NCBI GenBank assembly: GCA_964291395.2
Contig: OZ219856.1
Span: 1,248,001-1,312,000 of the forward strand
Direction: 5' to 3'
DNA length: 64,000 nt
Source of the DNA: Alphaproteobacteria bacterium
Lineage (GTDB): Bacteria > Pseudomonadota > Alphaproteobacteria > UBA2966
The notes below the pieces were generated by a model. That model made no database searches. It saw nothing but the letters and a program-made list of their open reading frames with translations, and had not been told where the DNA came from. Position 1 is the first letter of the stretch, and the number at the start of each line of letters is the position of its first letter. The translations under genes were made by a program, and so were the position numbers. Shown here piece after piece: positions 19,987-29,427 of this stretch.

Positions 19987-20137
19987 GATGCCCCTCGGGT
20001 TGTTCCGTGAGTGTCCCGCGCACACGTCCCGGCCGGCCCGCGAAGGCCCGGACGGCGCGGTTCGTATCGTGGGTGCGGCAAATTAGCCCATCGGCCCGTT
20101 TTGTGCCAAGCGCGTCGCCCCCGCGACGGGCGCTTCG

Positions 20138-20171
20138 TCTCGGCACATCTCGGCACATCCCGGAACTTCTC
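20138..20171. repeat. 10-bp tandem direct repeats
   Basis: TCTCGGCACA TCTCGGCACA TCCCGGAACT TCTC in the sbmA-carboxyltransferase gap. Confidence 0.5.
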
Positions 20172-20228
20172 CATTCCGGTCCGCCCGTCGGCGGCCTCCC
20201 GGTCCGTTTCGGGCCGGGGGCGATGCGG

Positions 20229-21518
20229 TCAGGCAGGGTCGACCCCGCCGGCCAGAAACTCCCGGTCGATTCTCGGTAGCGGCTGGCCCTCGATGGCCGC
20301 TTCGAACGCCTGCAGCCGCTTGTAGATGGAGAGAAGCTCGACGATGGTGGTCCAGGAATTGACCAGATACTGAAACGAACTCTCCACTCGGTTGAACGCA
20401 CGCACGATCTGCTGCATCACGCCCAGAGTGAAACCGGCCGACACGATCGTGGGCCCGAGGGCGATGTAGGGGAGCAACACCCCTACCTGAAGATATCCGT
20501 AGCGCGCCACGTTGAAGTAGAGATAGTTGAGGTACAGCCGAAAGTAGTTGCGCCGGACGTTGGCGAAGAGCTCGCCCAGTCTCGGCGGTTGTGCTCGATC
20601 CTCGCGGTCTTCGCCGATCACGAGTTCCTTGCGGAAGGCGGCTTCGACCCGCTGGTTCCGGAACTCGAGGCCGGGCAGCCGGTAACCGGCGAGAGCAAGG
20701 ATGCCGGTGCCGAAGACGGACCACAAAATAGCGATCCAGACCAGCGCGAAGGCGACCTCTCCGAAGACCGGAATCTCCTTGATGTGGGTCGACAGCCCCC
20801 ACAGTATCGGCAGGAAGGCGATCAGCGTCATCACCGCGTCGATCAGGCGCGTGCCAAGCGATTCCATGATTGCGGCGAAGCGCATCGTGTCTTCCTGGAC
20901 GCGCTGTGAAGCGCCTTCGATATGGCGCACCCTCTTCCAGAGATCGACATACCGGTCATTCATGGCCGTGCGCCAGCGGAAGACGTAGTGGCTGGTGAAG
21001 AAGGCATTGAGCACGGCGGTGGTAATGAACACCATCGCGATGGTGAGGAAGGTGGCGAGCTGCGCGTAGTAGTCTTCGGCCGATACCGCCCCCGGCTGGG
21101 CCAACGCCTTCTGGATGATGTCGTAGAAGCGCCCGAACCACTCGTTGATCATCACGTCGAGCTGCACTTGAAACCAGGTGACGAAGATGATCGCGGCCGA
21201 CCCGTACACCGACCACCTCGCCCATTTGTGCGGCGCGTACCAGTGCCAGAAAAGGACGAACGCCGCGTAGCACAGGATCATGTACTGGTAGAGCCAGAAC
21301 GTTCCGGCGCTCTTCCGGACCTCGGCGAGCGCGGCCCGGGTGTCTTCGTTCGCGTCCGCGGCCAGTTCCTGAGGGAACCCAAGGCCGAACAGGCCGCCCA
21401 GACTCAACGCCTCTCCCGCGCCGCGCGCGGCCAGGAACCAGAGAACGACGCAGGCGATCGACCAAACAGCGAAGGACGAGAAGAAGAGCCTGGGCTTCGG
21501 AAAGAATGACTCGAACAC
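20229..21518 (-). CDS. sbmA: Peptide transporter SbmA/BacA
   Basis: MFESFFPKPRLFF, FRWRTAMND, IEGASQRVQEDTMRF, NQRVEAAFRKELV, SWTTIVELLSIYKRL. Confidence 0.95.
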   Translation of the reverse strand: MFESFFPKPRLFFSSFAVWSIACVVLWFLAARGAGEALSLGGLFGLGFPQELAADANEDTRAALAEVRKSAGTFWLYQYMILCYAAFVLFWHWYAPHKWARWSVYGSAAIIFVTWFQVQLDVMINEWFGRFYDIIQKALAQPGAVSAEDYYAQLATFLTIAMVFITTAVLNAFFTSHYVFRWRTAMNDRYVDLWKRVRHIEGASQRVQEDTMRFAAIMESLGTRLIDAVMTLIAFLPILWGLSTHIKEIPVFGEVAFALVWIAILWSVFGTGILALAGYRLPGLEFRNQRVEAAFRKELVIGEDREDRAQPPRLGELFANVRRNYFRLYLNYLYFNVARYGYLQVGVLLPYIALGPTIVSAGFTLGVMQQIVRAFNRVESSFQYLVNSWTTIVELLSIYKRLQAFEAAIEGQPLPRIDREFLAGGVDPA

Positions 21519-21798
21519 GGTGGATCCTCCTGGATGCTGGGCGCTTTAAGGAATCTATGGAACGGCGTGCAATTCATCGCACCGGTCATTTCCTAAAATT
21601 GTCTTGCGGTTTGGCATACAATGTCATCGACCGGTTGCCTGGAGTCGCCCGGACCGGTCCGGGACGCGATGTCGCCCACCCACCCGTCGGGCGGATGCTT
21701 GACAGGATGGCTGTGCACCGGTACGCCGAGCCCGAACAACCGTCCGGGAAACGGGCGAATCAGACATATTCGTACGACATCGAGGGGCGATAGAACCC

Positions 21799-23361
21799 AT
21801 GAGCTGGCTACCGGAAGTCGAGGAGATCGGACGTCGCAAGGAGTTCGCCTACAAGCTGGGCGGTGAGGAGGGGGTCGATCGCCAGCACAATCAGGGAAGA
21901 CTCACGATTCGTGAGCGCATCGAGGGGCTCGTCGATCCGGAAAGCTGGCGGGAGATCGGCATCCTGACGGGTACGGCGACCTACGGCGGTGACGGCGAAC
22001 TCCTCGACGTGAAGCCGGCCAATGCGGTTATCGGGACAGGTCGCCTCGATGGCCGCAAGGTCGCGATCGACGGTGACGACTATACCAACCGCGGCGGCTC
22101 TTCCGAGGCCACGGTCTCCGAAAAGTGGATTTACGCCGACCAGTGGGCCCACGAGATGAACATCCCGCTGGTGCGCTTGGTCGAGAGCGCCGGTGGCAGC
22201 GTGCGCCTCGTGGAGAAGATGGGGCACACCAAGATTCCGGGCTATCCGACCTGGCCGATGGGCCAACTGCTCGGAAAGGTTCCCGTGATCGGGCTGGCGC
22301 TTGGCCCTTGCGCCGGATTGGGAGCCTTGAAGGCGGCTTGCGCGCATTTTTCGATCATGGTCAAGGACACCAGCCAAGTCTTTGCCGGGGGCCCGCCCGT
22401 TGCCTTCGAAGCCGGCATGTCGGGAACGCGCGTCGACAAGGACGCGCTCGGCGGCTGGAAGATCCACACCGAGATGAGCGGCGTCATCGACAACGCTGCC
22501 GATAACGAGGCGCACGCCTTTGAGCTCACTCGCCGCTGGCTGTCTTACATGCCGAACAGCGTCTACGAATTGCCGCCGGTCGTCGACTCCGACGATCCGC
22601 CGGACCGCCGCGAGGAGGAGCTGCTCTCGGTCATTCCGCGCGACCGGCGCAAGATCTACAATCCCCGGCGTATCCTCGAGCTCGTGTTCGACAAGGACTC
22701 CGTATTCGAGGTCACGCCGAAGTTCGGGCGCTCCACGGTAACCTGCCTTGCCCGCCTCAATGGTCTGCCGGTCGGTGTGCTGGCGAACGACCCGCGCTTC
22801 TTTGGTGGAGGCATGAACCGGACCGCGGCCGAGAAGTTCGAGACCTTCATCGACATCTGCGACACATTCCATCTGCCGATTATCAATTTCGTCGACCAGC
22901 CCGGCACCGTCGTCGGGGTCGACGCGGAACGCCAGGGAAACGTGCGCAAGGCCGTGCGCGTGCTCACCGCCATCGAACAGACGCAGGTGCCCTGGTGTGC
23001 CGTCGTGGTACGCCGCCTTTTCGGGCTGGCGGGCAACTGCTACGGCCGCATGCAGGGCCTCAACTATCACGTGGCTTGGCCGTCGGCGACCTGGGGTTCG
23101 ATCCCGTTCGAAGGCGGGATCATGGCCGCCTATCGCCGCGAGCTCGACAACCTGCCGGAGGAGGAGCGCAACAAGAGGATGGAAGAGCTCGACACATATT
23201 ACTCGCGTCTGGCCTCGCCGTTCCTCACGGCGGAGCGCTTCCGGGTGCCTGATATCATCGATCCCCGTCAGACTCGCGAAGTTCTCTGGAACTGGCTCGA
23301 GGATGCCTGGAGGACTCTGCCCGAGCAGCTCGGGCCGGTGAAGCGCTCCATGCGCAAGTGA
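21799..23361 (+). CDS. Acyl-CoA carboxylase carboxyltransferase (beta) subunit 2
   Basis: GRLTIRERI, FAGGPPV, ALGG..IH, DQPG, IIDPRQTR. Confidence 0.9.
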   Translation: MSWLPEVEEIGRRKEFAYKLGGEEGVDRQHNQGRLTIRERIEGLVDPESWREIGILTGTATYGGDGELLDVKPANAVIGTGRLDGRKVAIDGDDYTNRGGSSEATVSEKWIYADQWAHEMNIPLVRLVESAGGSVRLVEKMGHTKIPGYPTWPMGQLLGKVPVIGLALGPCAGLGALKAACAHFSIMVKDTSQVFAGGPPVAFEAGMSGTRVDKDALGGWKIHTEMSGVIDNAADNEAHAFELTRRWLSYMPNSVYELPPVVDSDDPPDRREEELLSVIPRDRRKIYNPRRILELVFDKDSVFEVTPKFGRSTVTCLARLNGLPVGVLANDPRFFGGGMNRTAAEKFETFIDICDTFHLPIINFVDQPGTVVGVDAERQGNVRKAVRVLTAIEQTQVPWCAVVVRRLFGLAGNCYGRMQGLNYHVAWPSATWGSIPFEGGIMAAYRRELDNLPEEERNKRMEELDTYYSRLASPFLTAERFRVPDIIDPRQTREVLWNWLEDAWRTLPEQLGPVKRSMRK

Positions 23362-23705
23362 ATGGGTGCGGCTGACCGGACGAATTGATCGGTCAAGTCG
23401 CCAGATGTCCGCGAACACTGCGGATTCCTCGTTACCGCTTGATTGTGGGAGAGTTGGTCGGTAATTTCACGATAACGATATACGTGACTCTGGGAATCTC
23501 GGGGGAACTACAGGGCTAGGCCGGGCTTATCTACAGTTCAAATCTTGGGACGCCAGGTTGTCGGCGGGCGATTTGGACGGGCGCCTTTATCGGTCTAGGT
23601 CAAATGAACGTGGGCATGGTCGCTGGGAGGGCAGGTATGTATGCCGTTCCAAGGGGGTAGTGGGTATGATGCCGCGGCGGCCGGAAACGGAGAACTGGGA
23701 AGCGC

Positions 23706-24995
23706 ATGGCTAGTGTTATTCTCCTGACCCTTTTGGTCATATTCGTGTTGCTGGGCGCGCCGATCGGGTTCGTGCTGGTTCTGATCCCGACAGCGTACAT
23801 CCTCATCACGGGCGAGGTTCCGTGGACGATGATCCCCTACAACATGTACGAGTCGCTGGCGCATCCGCCGTTGATCGCCATTCCTTTCTTCATGCTGACC
23901 GGTGAGCTGATGACCTCGGCCACCATCACCGACCGATTGATCGAACTCAGTCGAGCGCTGGTGGGCCGCGCGCGCGGCGGCTTGGCGCAGGTGAATATCG
24001 TCGTGTCGATGTTTTTCGCCGGCATGAACGGCTCGGTGGTCGCGGATACAGCGACGGTCGGCTCGATCCTCATTCCCGCCATGAAGCGCGCCGGGTACTC
24101 GGCGGCCTTCTCCGCCGCCATCACGTCGGTGAGCGCGACCATCGGCGGCATTATCCCGCCGTCCATCGGCATGATCATCCTGGCGACGGTGGCGTCGCTG
24201 TCGGTGGGCGCTCTGTTTTCGGGCGGCATCATTCCCGGAATCTTGATCGGCTTGGCGCTGATGGTGATCACTTGGTTCATCGCCCGCAGGCGCAACTATG
24301 AACGCAGCGATGAGCCTTGGAACCTGCGGCGGATCTGGCACTCTTTTCTCGGCTGCGCGTTGGCGCTCTCTATTCCACTCGTGCTGGTGGGATCGATCGT
24401 GGGCGGTGTCGCAAGCCCCGTCGAGGCGGGTGCGATCACCGCGATCACGTCTTTCATCCTCGGACTCTTCGTCTATCGCAGCGTAACCGCCGACATTCTC
24501 ATGGGGGCCATCACGCGCGCCTTCAAGACCGCCGCGGCGGTGTTCATTATCATCGCCTCGGCCGGTCCGTTCAGTTGGCTGCTCACGCGGTTGGGAACGC
24601 TGAAGTTCGTCCAGGACTTCATGCTTGGATACACGGATCAGCCTTTCATGTTCGCCGTCATGCTGATCCTGCTCATCTTGCTCGTCGGCATGATCATGGA
24701 CGCCGCCGCCAACATCATCGTTGTCGGTCCGGTGCTCATCCAGGTGAGCGTGGACGCCGGCTTCCCGGAAGTGCAGGCGGCGTTGGTGGTGGTCGTGGGC
24801 TTCCTGATCGGGACGGTGACCCCGCCGATCGGCGTGGCCTACTTCACTGGGTCGTCAATCGCGAGGGCCCGCCTCGAAGTTGTAGCGGTGGAAATGGTGC
24901 CCTACCTCCTCGCCGAGTTCGGCGTGCTCTTCCTCATGATGATCATATCGCCGCTCACGATGTGGCTACCCAAGGTGTTCGGCTTCGTGGAGTGA
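23706..24995 (+). CDS. dctM: TRAP transporter large permease DctM
   Basis: AIPFFMLTGELM, FAGMNGSVVAD, GIIPPSI, IGTVTPPIG. Confidence 0.93.
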   Translation: MASVILLTLLVIFVLLGAPIGFVLVLIPTAYILITGEVPWTMIPYNMYESLAHPPLIAIPFFMLTGELMTSATITDRLIELSRALVGRARGGLAQVNIVVSMFFAGMNGSVVADTATVGSILIPAMKRAGYSAAFSAAITSVSATIGGIIPPSIGMIILATVASLSVGALFSGGIIPGILIGLALMVITWFIARRRNYERSDEPWNLRRIWHSFLGCALALSIPLVLVGSIVGGVASPVEAGAITAITSFILGLFVYRSVTADILMGAITRAFKTAAAVFIIIASAGPFSWLLTRLGTLKFVQDFMLGYTDQPFMFAVMLILLILLVGMIMDAAANIIVVGPVLIQVSVDAGFPEVQAALVVVVGFLIGTVTPPIGVAYFTGSSIARARLEVVAVEMVPYLLAEFGVLFLMMIISPLTMWLPKVFGFVE

Positions 24996-25068
24996 ATCAG
25001 GTCCCTCCAGCGGGAGGGACGCCCCACTGACTAGGAACAACGCAGGGTCAAGCAAGGGAAGTCTGGAA

Positions 25069-25659
25069 ATGGTGGCTCTGGCACAAAAGTTCGATACGGG
25101 CCTTAAGGGCCTGCTGAACACGATCTGTTCGATCTTCATCGTGCTCATGGTGTTCTTCACCGTGTGGACGGTCGTCATGCGGTATGTGTTCCTGAACGCC
25201 CCGTTTTGGAGCGATACGCTCACCATGTTCTTCAACGTCTGGATGGTGTTTTTGGCGCTTGCCATCACGGTGCGCGACCGCAACCACATCTCCATGACGA
25301 TGCTCTACGAGATCTTGCCGCCGATCGTCGGATTCTCGTGCGAGTTCCTTTGGACCCTTTTGATTTGCGTGTTCGGAATCTTTATCGCCATCTGGGGTTT
25401 CGACGCCTCGTGGAATGTGCCGGGCAAGTACTGGGAATTCGGCTACATGTCCAAGAAGTGGCCGATGATGATCATGCCGACGGTCGGCGTCCTCATGTTC
25501 ATCATGGCGTTCATCGTCCTGATAGAGGACATCATCCGCTTCAGGAAAGGGGAAATCGAGGTGCACGCCCACGAGCTCGAGGACATCGAGGAGTACCAGC
25601 GCATGGCCGGCGTCGACGCGGCCGACATTGATGTCGAGGAGCGCGCCGACGCGCACTAG
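25069..25659 (+). CDS. dctQ: TRAP transporter small permease DctQ
   Basis: Four TM segments, VMRYVFLNAPFWSD, WMVFL..HI. Acidic C-terminal tail. Confidence 0.88.
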   Translation: MVALAQKFDTGLKGLLNTICSIFIVLMVFFTVWTVVMRYVFLNAPFWSDTLTMFFNVWMVFLALAITVRDRNHISMTMLYEILPPIVGFSCEFLWTLLICVFGIFIAIWGFDASWNVPGKYWEFGYMSKKWPMMIMPTVGVLMFIMAFIVLIEDIIRFRKGEIEVHAHELEDIEEYQRMAGVDAADIDVEERADAH

Positions 25660-25695
25660 AATTCCGGAACCGGTATACCCTCGGCGGGATCAAGC

Positions 25696-25730
25696 GAGGG
25701 GCGCTGAGTTCGGCGCCCCTCTTTCGTTTC
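25696..25730 (+). terminator. Intrinsic terminator after dctQ
   Basis: GAGGGGCGCTG-AGTT-CGGCGCCCCTC then TTTCGTTTC. Confidence 0.7.
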
Positions 25731-25752
25731 TCGATGGTTGTCGGCGCCGTCG

Positions 25753-27009
25753 CTATCCGCCATAGGTGATGGCCTGCTCCGTTATCTCGATGGTTCCCGA
25801 CTTCGCCTCCTCAACGGAACGGGTCAAATCGGAAAGGTACTGGTCGACGACCGGTACGTGAGTCATCGTCAGCATACCCATGTGAATGGCTCGCGGGTCG
25901 GCCGATCGCGTCACGAACCAGCCCCGGTTCGTCATGGCCTCGGCAACGGCACGGATGTCGCAGTTTTCCGACGTGTACGAAAGGATTGTGAGCGGCGGAT
26001 CCCCGATGATCGTCAGCCCGTCGATGGCAGTGATTCCTGCTTTCAACCGGTCGATCGCATCCAGAAGCTCGCCGGCTATCCGCAGATAGCCGTCCCAGCC
26101 GAGATAACTCAGTACGGCCCAGGCCGCGGCGATGGGTCCTCCCGGGCGCGAACCGGGGATCGTTGGCGAGACGTAGCGGCCGCGGGACCATTCGTCGAAC
26201 TCGAACACCTGATACTTGCGGTGAGCCTGATTCGAGAGCAGGAAGGTCGACGCGCCCTTGGCGGTAAATCCGTACTTGTGCAAGTCGGCGGACATCGACA
26301 TGACGCCGGGCACCGTAAAGTCGAAGGGCGGGACGAGACGGCCGAGCTTCCGGGCAAACGGGGCGATGAACCCGCCGACGCAGGCATCCACATGCAGCCA
26401 CAGGTTCCTGTCTTGAGCCAGTTCGGCGACGTCCGATATGGGATCGATGACGCCGTGGGCGAATTGCGGTGCGGAGGCGACCAGCATGATGGTGCGGTCG
26501 TCGATCGCCTCGGCCATGCGGCCGACGTCGGCGCGGAAGTCATCGCCGATCGGCACGCGTTTCACCTCGATGCCGAGATAGTGCGCCGCTTTGTTGAACG
26601 CCGGGTGCGCGCTGTAAGGCGCGACGACGACGGGTTTGTCCACGTCGGGATGAGTGTCTCGCGCCCAGTCCCGCGCGGTTTTGACCCCCATCAGGATACT
26701 CTCGGTGCCGCCCGAGGTCATGCTGCCCGCCGCATCGTCCCCGCCGTTGAGCAATCCCAATGTCCAGGCGATCACGTCGTTCTCCAGGCGCGCGAGGCTG
26801 GGAAACGCGCTGGCGCCGAGCGCGTTCTCGGAGAAATACATGCGGGAGGCATCCTTGGCGATTTCCAGCACGTCGTCGCCGCCGAAATGGGTGTAGAGAC
26901 CGATGCGACCGCCGCGCCAATCGACGTCCTCGTCCTTCACGGCCTCGAGTTCGGCAAGGATCTCGTCTCGCGCTCGACCCTTGGGCGGGAATCGGTTCGT
27001 CATGGCCAT
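25753..27009 (-). CDS. PLP-dependent enzyme, sphingosine-1-phosphate lyase-like (group II decarboxylase fold)
   Basis: MTSGGTESILM, SAHPAFNKAAHYLG, SAPQFAHGVIDPI, HVDACVGGF, SADLHKYG (PLP Lys), PTIPGSRPGG. Confidence 0.85.
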   Translation of the reverse strand: MAMTNRFPPKGRARDEILAELEAVKDEDVDWRGGRIGLYTHFGGDDVLEIAKDASRMYFSENALGASAFPSLARLENDVIAWTLGLLNGGDDAAGSMTSGGTESILMGVKTARDWARDTHPDVDKPVVVAPYSAHPAFNKAAHYLGIEVKRVPIGDDFRADVGRMAEAIDDRTIMLVASAPQFAHGVIDPISDVAELAQDRNLWLHVDACVGGFIAPFARKLGRLVPPFDFTVPGVMSMSADLHKYGFTAKGASTFLLSNQAHRKYQVFEFDEWSRGRYVSPTIPGSRPGGPIAAAWAVLSYLGWDGYLRIAGELLDAIDRLKAGITAIDGLTIIGDPPLTILSYTSENCDIRAVAEAMTNRGWFVTRSADPRAIHMGMLTMTHVPVVDQYLSDLTRSVEEAKSGTIEITEQAITYGG

Positions 27010-27462
27010 ACCTCAGGGTTCGCTTACCGGGCGGGTGTCATCGGCGACATGGCGTCACGGGTGTCCCTATATCCGAACTATGCGATTCGTCACACCCCCA
27101 TGAACGCGTCGAAAGTGTAGTCAATCTGAAGATACTGAATGGTCAAACCGAAGCCTGTACGATTTTGCGGAGCCGGATGACAAGGGCGATTCGAATATCG
27201 GCGCTTCCTTTATTCTGATCGCGGAGAACGCAAGCATTTTAGTCATTTCGATACTAGACGTAGCAGGGTCTACCGTGGATAATCCCGCCCGTTGCGACGG
27301 GCACAAATCTGCTTCCGCACCGGTTGGGCTCGTGTCGGGCTGAGAGCGAAAAAGCAAAACGCCCGCAATCGGCTTGGTCGATCTCTGGGAGGCGCCATTG
27401 ACCAGCGCCCGGTCGCACGAACTAGACTGACTGGCACCAGACCAACTGGGAGGTAAGACAGC

Positions 27463-28497
27463 ATGCTGAGAAAGACTTTGATCGCACTTGCCGGTGCGGC
27501 CGTGTTGGCCGCCAGCGGCAGCGCTATCGCCCAGCAGAAGCTCATCCTCGGCACCGTGCAAGGTCCGCCGACGGGCTTCGGCATCGCGCTTCTCGACCAC
27601 TTCATCCCCCGTGTCGAGAAGTATTCGCAGGGTAAAGCGTTTGTTGAGTTTGATGGTCCTAGCGCCATCTGCGTCGAGCACCAGTGCGTCGAGCAGATGC
27701 AGCAGGATCTGATCCAGATCTCGACGTCCTCGACGGAGAACATCGGTTCGTTCGGTCGCGTCTTCGACGTGATCAACCTGCCGTACTTCTTCCGCGATCT
27801 CGAGTGGGCCGACATGATTCTCAACGAGTGGCTCGCCGAGTGGCTGGACCAACAGTCCCGTGAGCAGATGAACGTCGGCGCGCCGGCCGTCGTGCCCTGC
27901 GGCGGCTTCCGTCAGCTTGCCAATAACGTTCGCCGGGTCGCGAGGCCCGCCGATCTGAAAGGCATCAAGATCCGCGTCACCAAGAGCCCGACGGCTTACG
28001 AGCTGATCAAGGGCTGGGGCGGCATCGCGGTTCCGTACGACTGGGCGCAGCTCTACCAGGGCATGCAGGCGGGCGTGGTGAACGGTTTCTACATCCCCGA
28101 CGGCTGGACGGTTCACGTCAAGCTGAACGAAGTGGCGCCGTACATCACCGAGACCGGCGGCTCCTACACGGGTTGCGGCCTGTGGACGTCGAACGAGCAC
28201 CAGGGCAAGTGGGACGAGGAGGTCTCCTACGCCGTGAATGCGGCTGGCAACGACCTGCAGCAAGGCATGGTCTTTGAGATCGACCGTCAGTGGCTCAAGA
28301 CCGCCACGATCGAGCTCAAGAAGTGCTGCGACGTGTACTACCCGACGGACGAAGAGATGCTCGAGTGGTTCGCGGGCTCGCTCCACGCCTGGGTCGAGGC
28401 CAAGGGAACCTATCCCACCGAGATCGCCGAGCGTGCGCTTAAGCAGCAGGGCATGGTTGAGTTCATCGAAGTGCTCAAGGATGCCGGCGCTCTCTAA
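27463..28497 (+). CDS. dctP: TRAP transporter substrate-binding protein DctP
   Basis: Signal peptide, INLPYFFRD, GFRQL, DLKGIKIRV (conserved Arg), LYQGMQAGVVNG. Confidence 0.88.
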   Translation: MLRKTLIALAGAAVLAASGSAIAQQKLILGTVQGPPTGFGIALLDHFIPRVEKYSQGKAFVEFDGPSAICVEHQCVEQMQQDLIQISTSSTENIGSFGRVFDVINLPYFFRDLEWADMILNEWLAEWLDQQSREQMNVGAPAVVPCGGFRQLANNVRRVARPADLKGIKIRVTKSPTAYELIKGWGGIAVPYDWAQLYQGMQAGVVNGFYIPDGWTVHVKLNEVAPYITETGGSYTGCGLWTSNEHQGKWDEEVSYAVNAAGNDLQQGMVFEIDRQWLKTATIELKKCCDVYYPTDEEMLEWFAGSLHAWVEAKGTYPTEIAERALKQQGMVEFIEVLKDAGAL

Positions 28498-28523
28498 GTC
28501 TGCGGTTTCAATCTGAAACGCTT

Positions 28524-28553
28524 GGGGCGCGCTTCGGCGCGCCCCTTTTTGTT
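28524..28553 (+). terminator. Intrinsic terminator after dctP
   Basis: GGGGCGCGC-TTCG-GCGCGCCCC-TTTTTGTT. Confidence 0.88.
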
Positions 28554-28679
28554 GGTCTGGTTCCGGATCGCTCCGCCCGCGCCGGGAGGACGGCCGCGGT
28601 CCCGGTGAGGCGACGCGGCAGATCGTTTCCCGTGGGTCGGCCCGTCTCGACCGACTGGCGGTCGATTGGACATAGATAC

Positions 28680-28706
28680 TTGAGAATCATTTTTTCTGTG
28701 TATAAT
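28680..28706 (+). promoter_or_regulatory. Candidate sigma70 promoter of the lipoprotein gene
   Basis: TTGAGA-15 nt-TATAAT in an AT-rich patch. Spacer is short. Confidence 0.4.
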
Positions 28707-28810
28707 TTATCGATATGCTTGGAATCCATCTGGGGAACCGGGCAAATTAACCATAATGCCCGCAAAGGGCGTGTTACGACGAGGCCTAAGGACACTCGAG
28801 GAGACGTTCC

Positions 28811-29227
28811 ATGATCAGCAAAGTTCTCTCTACGATTGGGATTGCTTTTGTTGCCTCCTTGTTGCTGGTCGGTTGCGACGAGGCGGCACAGGAGGCCAGT
28901 AAGCCTGAGCCGGCGAAACAGGAAGAGAAGTCCGCCGCATCCGGATCGTCCTCGCAGCAACCCGTCAAGATGGGCGGGTCGATGAAGGACGAATCCGAGT
29001 TGACCGAGGAGGAGAAGAAGCGGCTCGAAATGGCCGACAAGCTCCACAAGGCCACGGACTGCGGCGGATTTGATCAGACTTGCACCCACAAGCAGGAAGT
29101 CAATCTCTACGCCATCAAGGACGAGAAGGCCGAAAAGGCTGGAACCGCAACGCTGACGCGGACCAACGATGGCCGGCAGCCTGGCGGCGGCTTGTGGTCG
29201 AAGCTCAAGAAGAAGGAAGCTGAGTAG
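28811..29227 (+). CDS. Hypothetical lipoprotein
   Basis: SD GAGGAG, signal peptide with lipobox LLLVGC, low-complexity linker, DCGGFDQTC. Confidence 0.75.
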   Translation: MISKVLSTIGIAFVASLLLVGCDEAAQEASKPEPAKQEEKSAASGSSSQQPVKMGGSMKDESELTEEEKKRLEMADKLHKATDCGGFDQTCTHKQEVNLYAIKDEKAEKAGTATLTRTNDGRQPGGGLWSKLKKKEAE

Positions 29228-29270
29228 CCGGTCGGCGCGCGAGCGTTCTCGTAGAACGACCTAACTCTTT

Positions 29271-29303
29271 GGGAGCGGTTCCAGTTCGGCTGGAACCGCT
29301 CCA
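29271..29303. repeat. 33-bp palindromic dispersed repeat, copy 1
   Basis: GGAGCGGTTCCAG-TTCGG-CTGGAACCGCTCC perfect 13-bp stem. Similar to copies at 36128 and 54236. Confidence 0.75.
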
Positions 29304-29427
29304 ACATTCTTTAGCCGCTATGGCGTGAACCTCTGGTCTGCGTCAAGGGAACGGATCGTCAAACCCGGACATCTGAACAATGTGGGGTCTGGTGGGGACT
29401 CCCACTCCTGTTCCGAAGGACTCCGAC

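Noticed and set aside
20093-20109. Possible sigma54 site (TGGCACAAAACGGGC, minus strand) upstream of CT1
   Set aside because: The -12 element lacks the TTGC context and no activator is evident.
27298-27314. Possible sigma54 site GGCACAAATCTGCT upstream of dctP
   Set aside because: GG-GC spacing from GGCAC is 9 nt, not the required 10.
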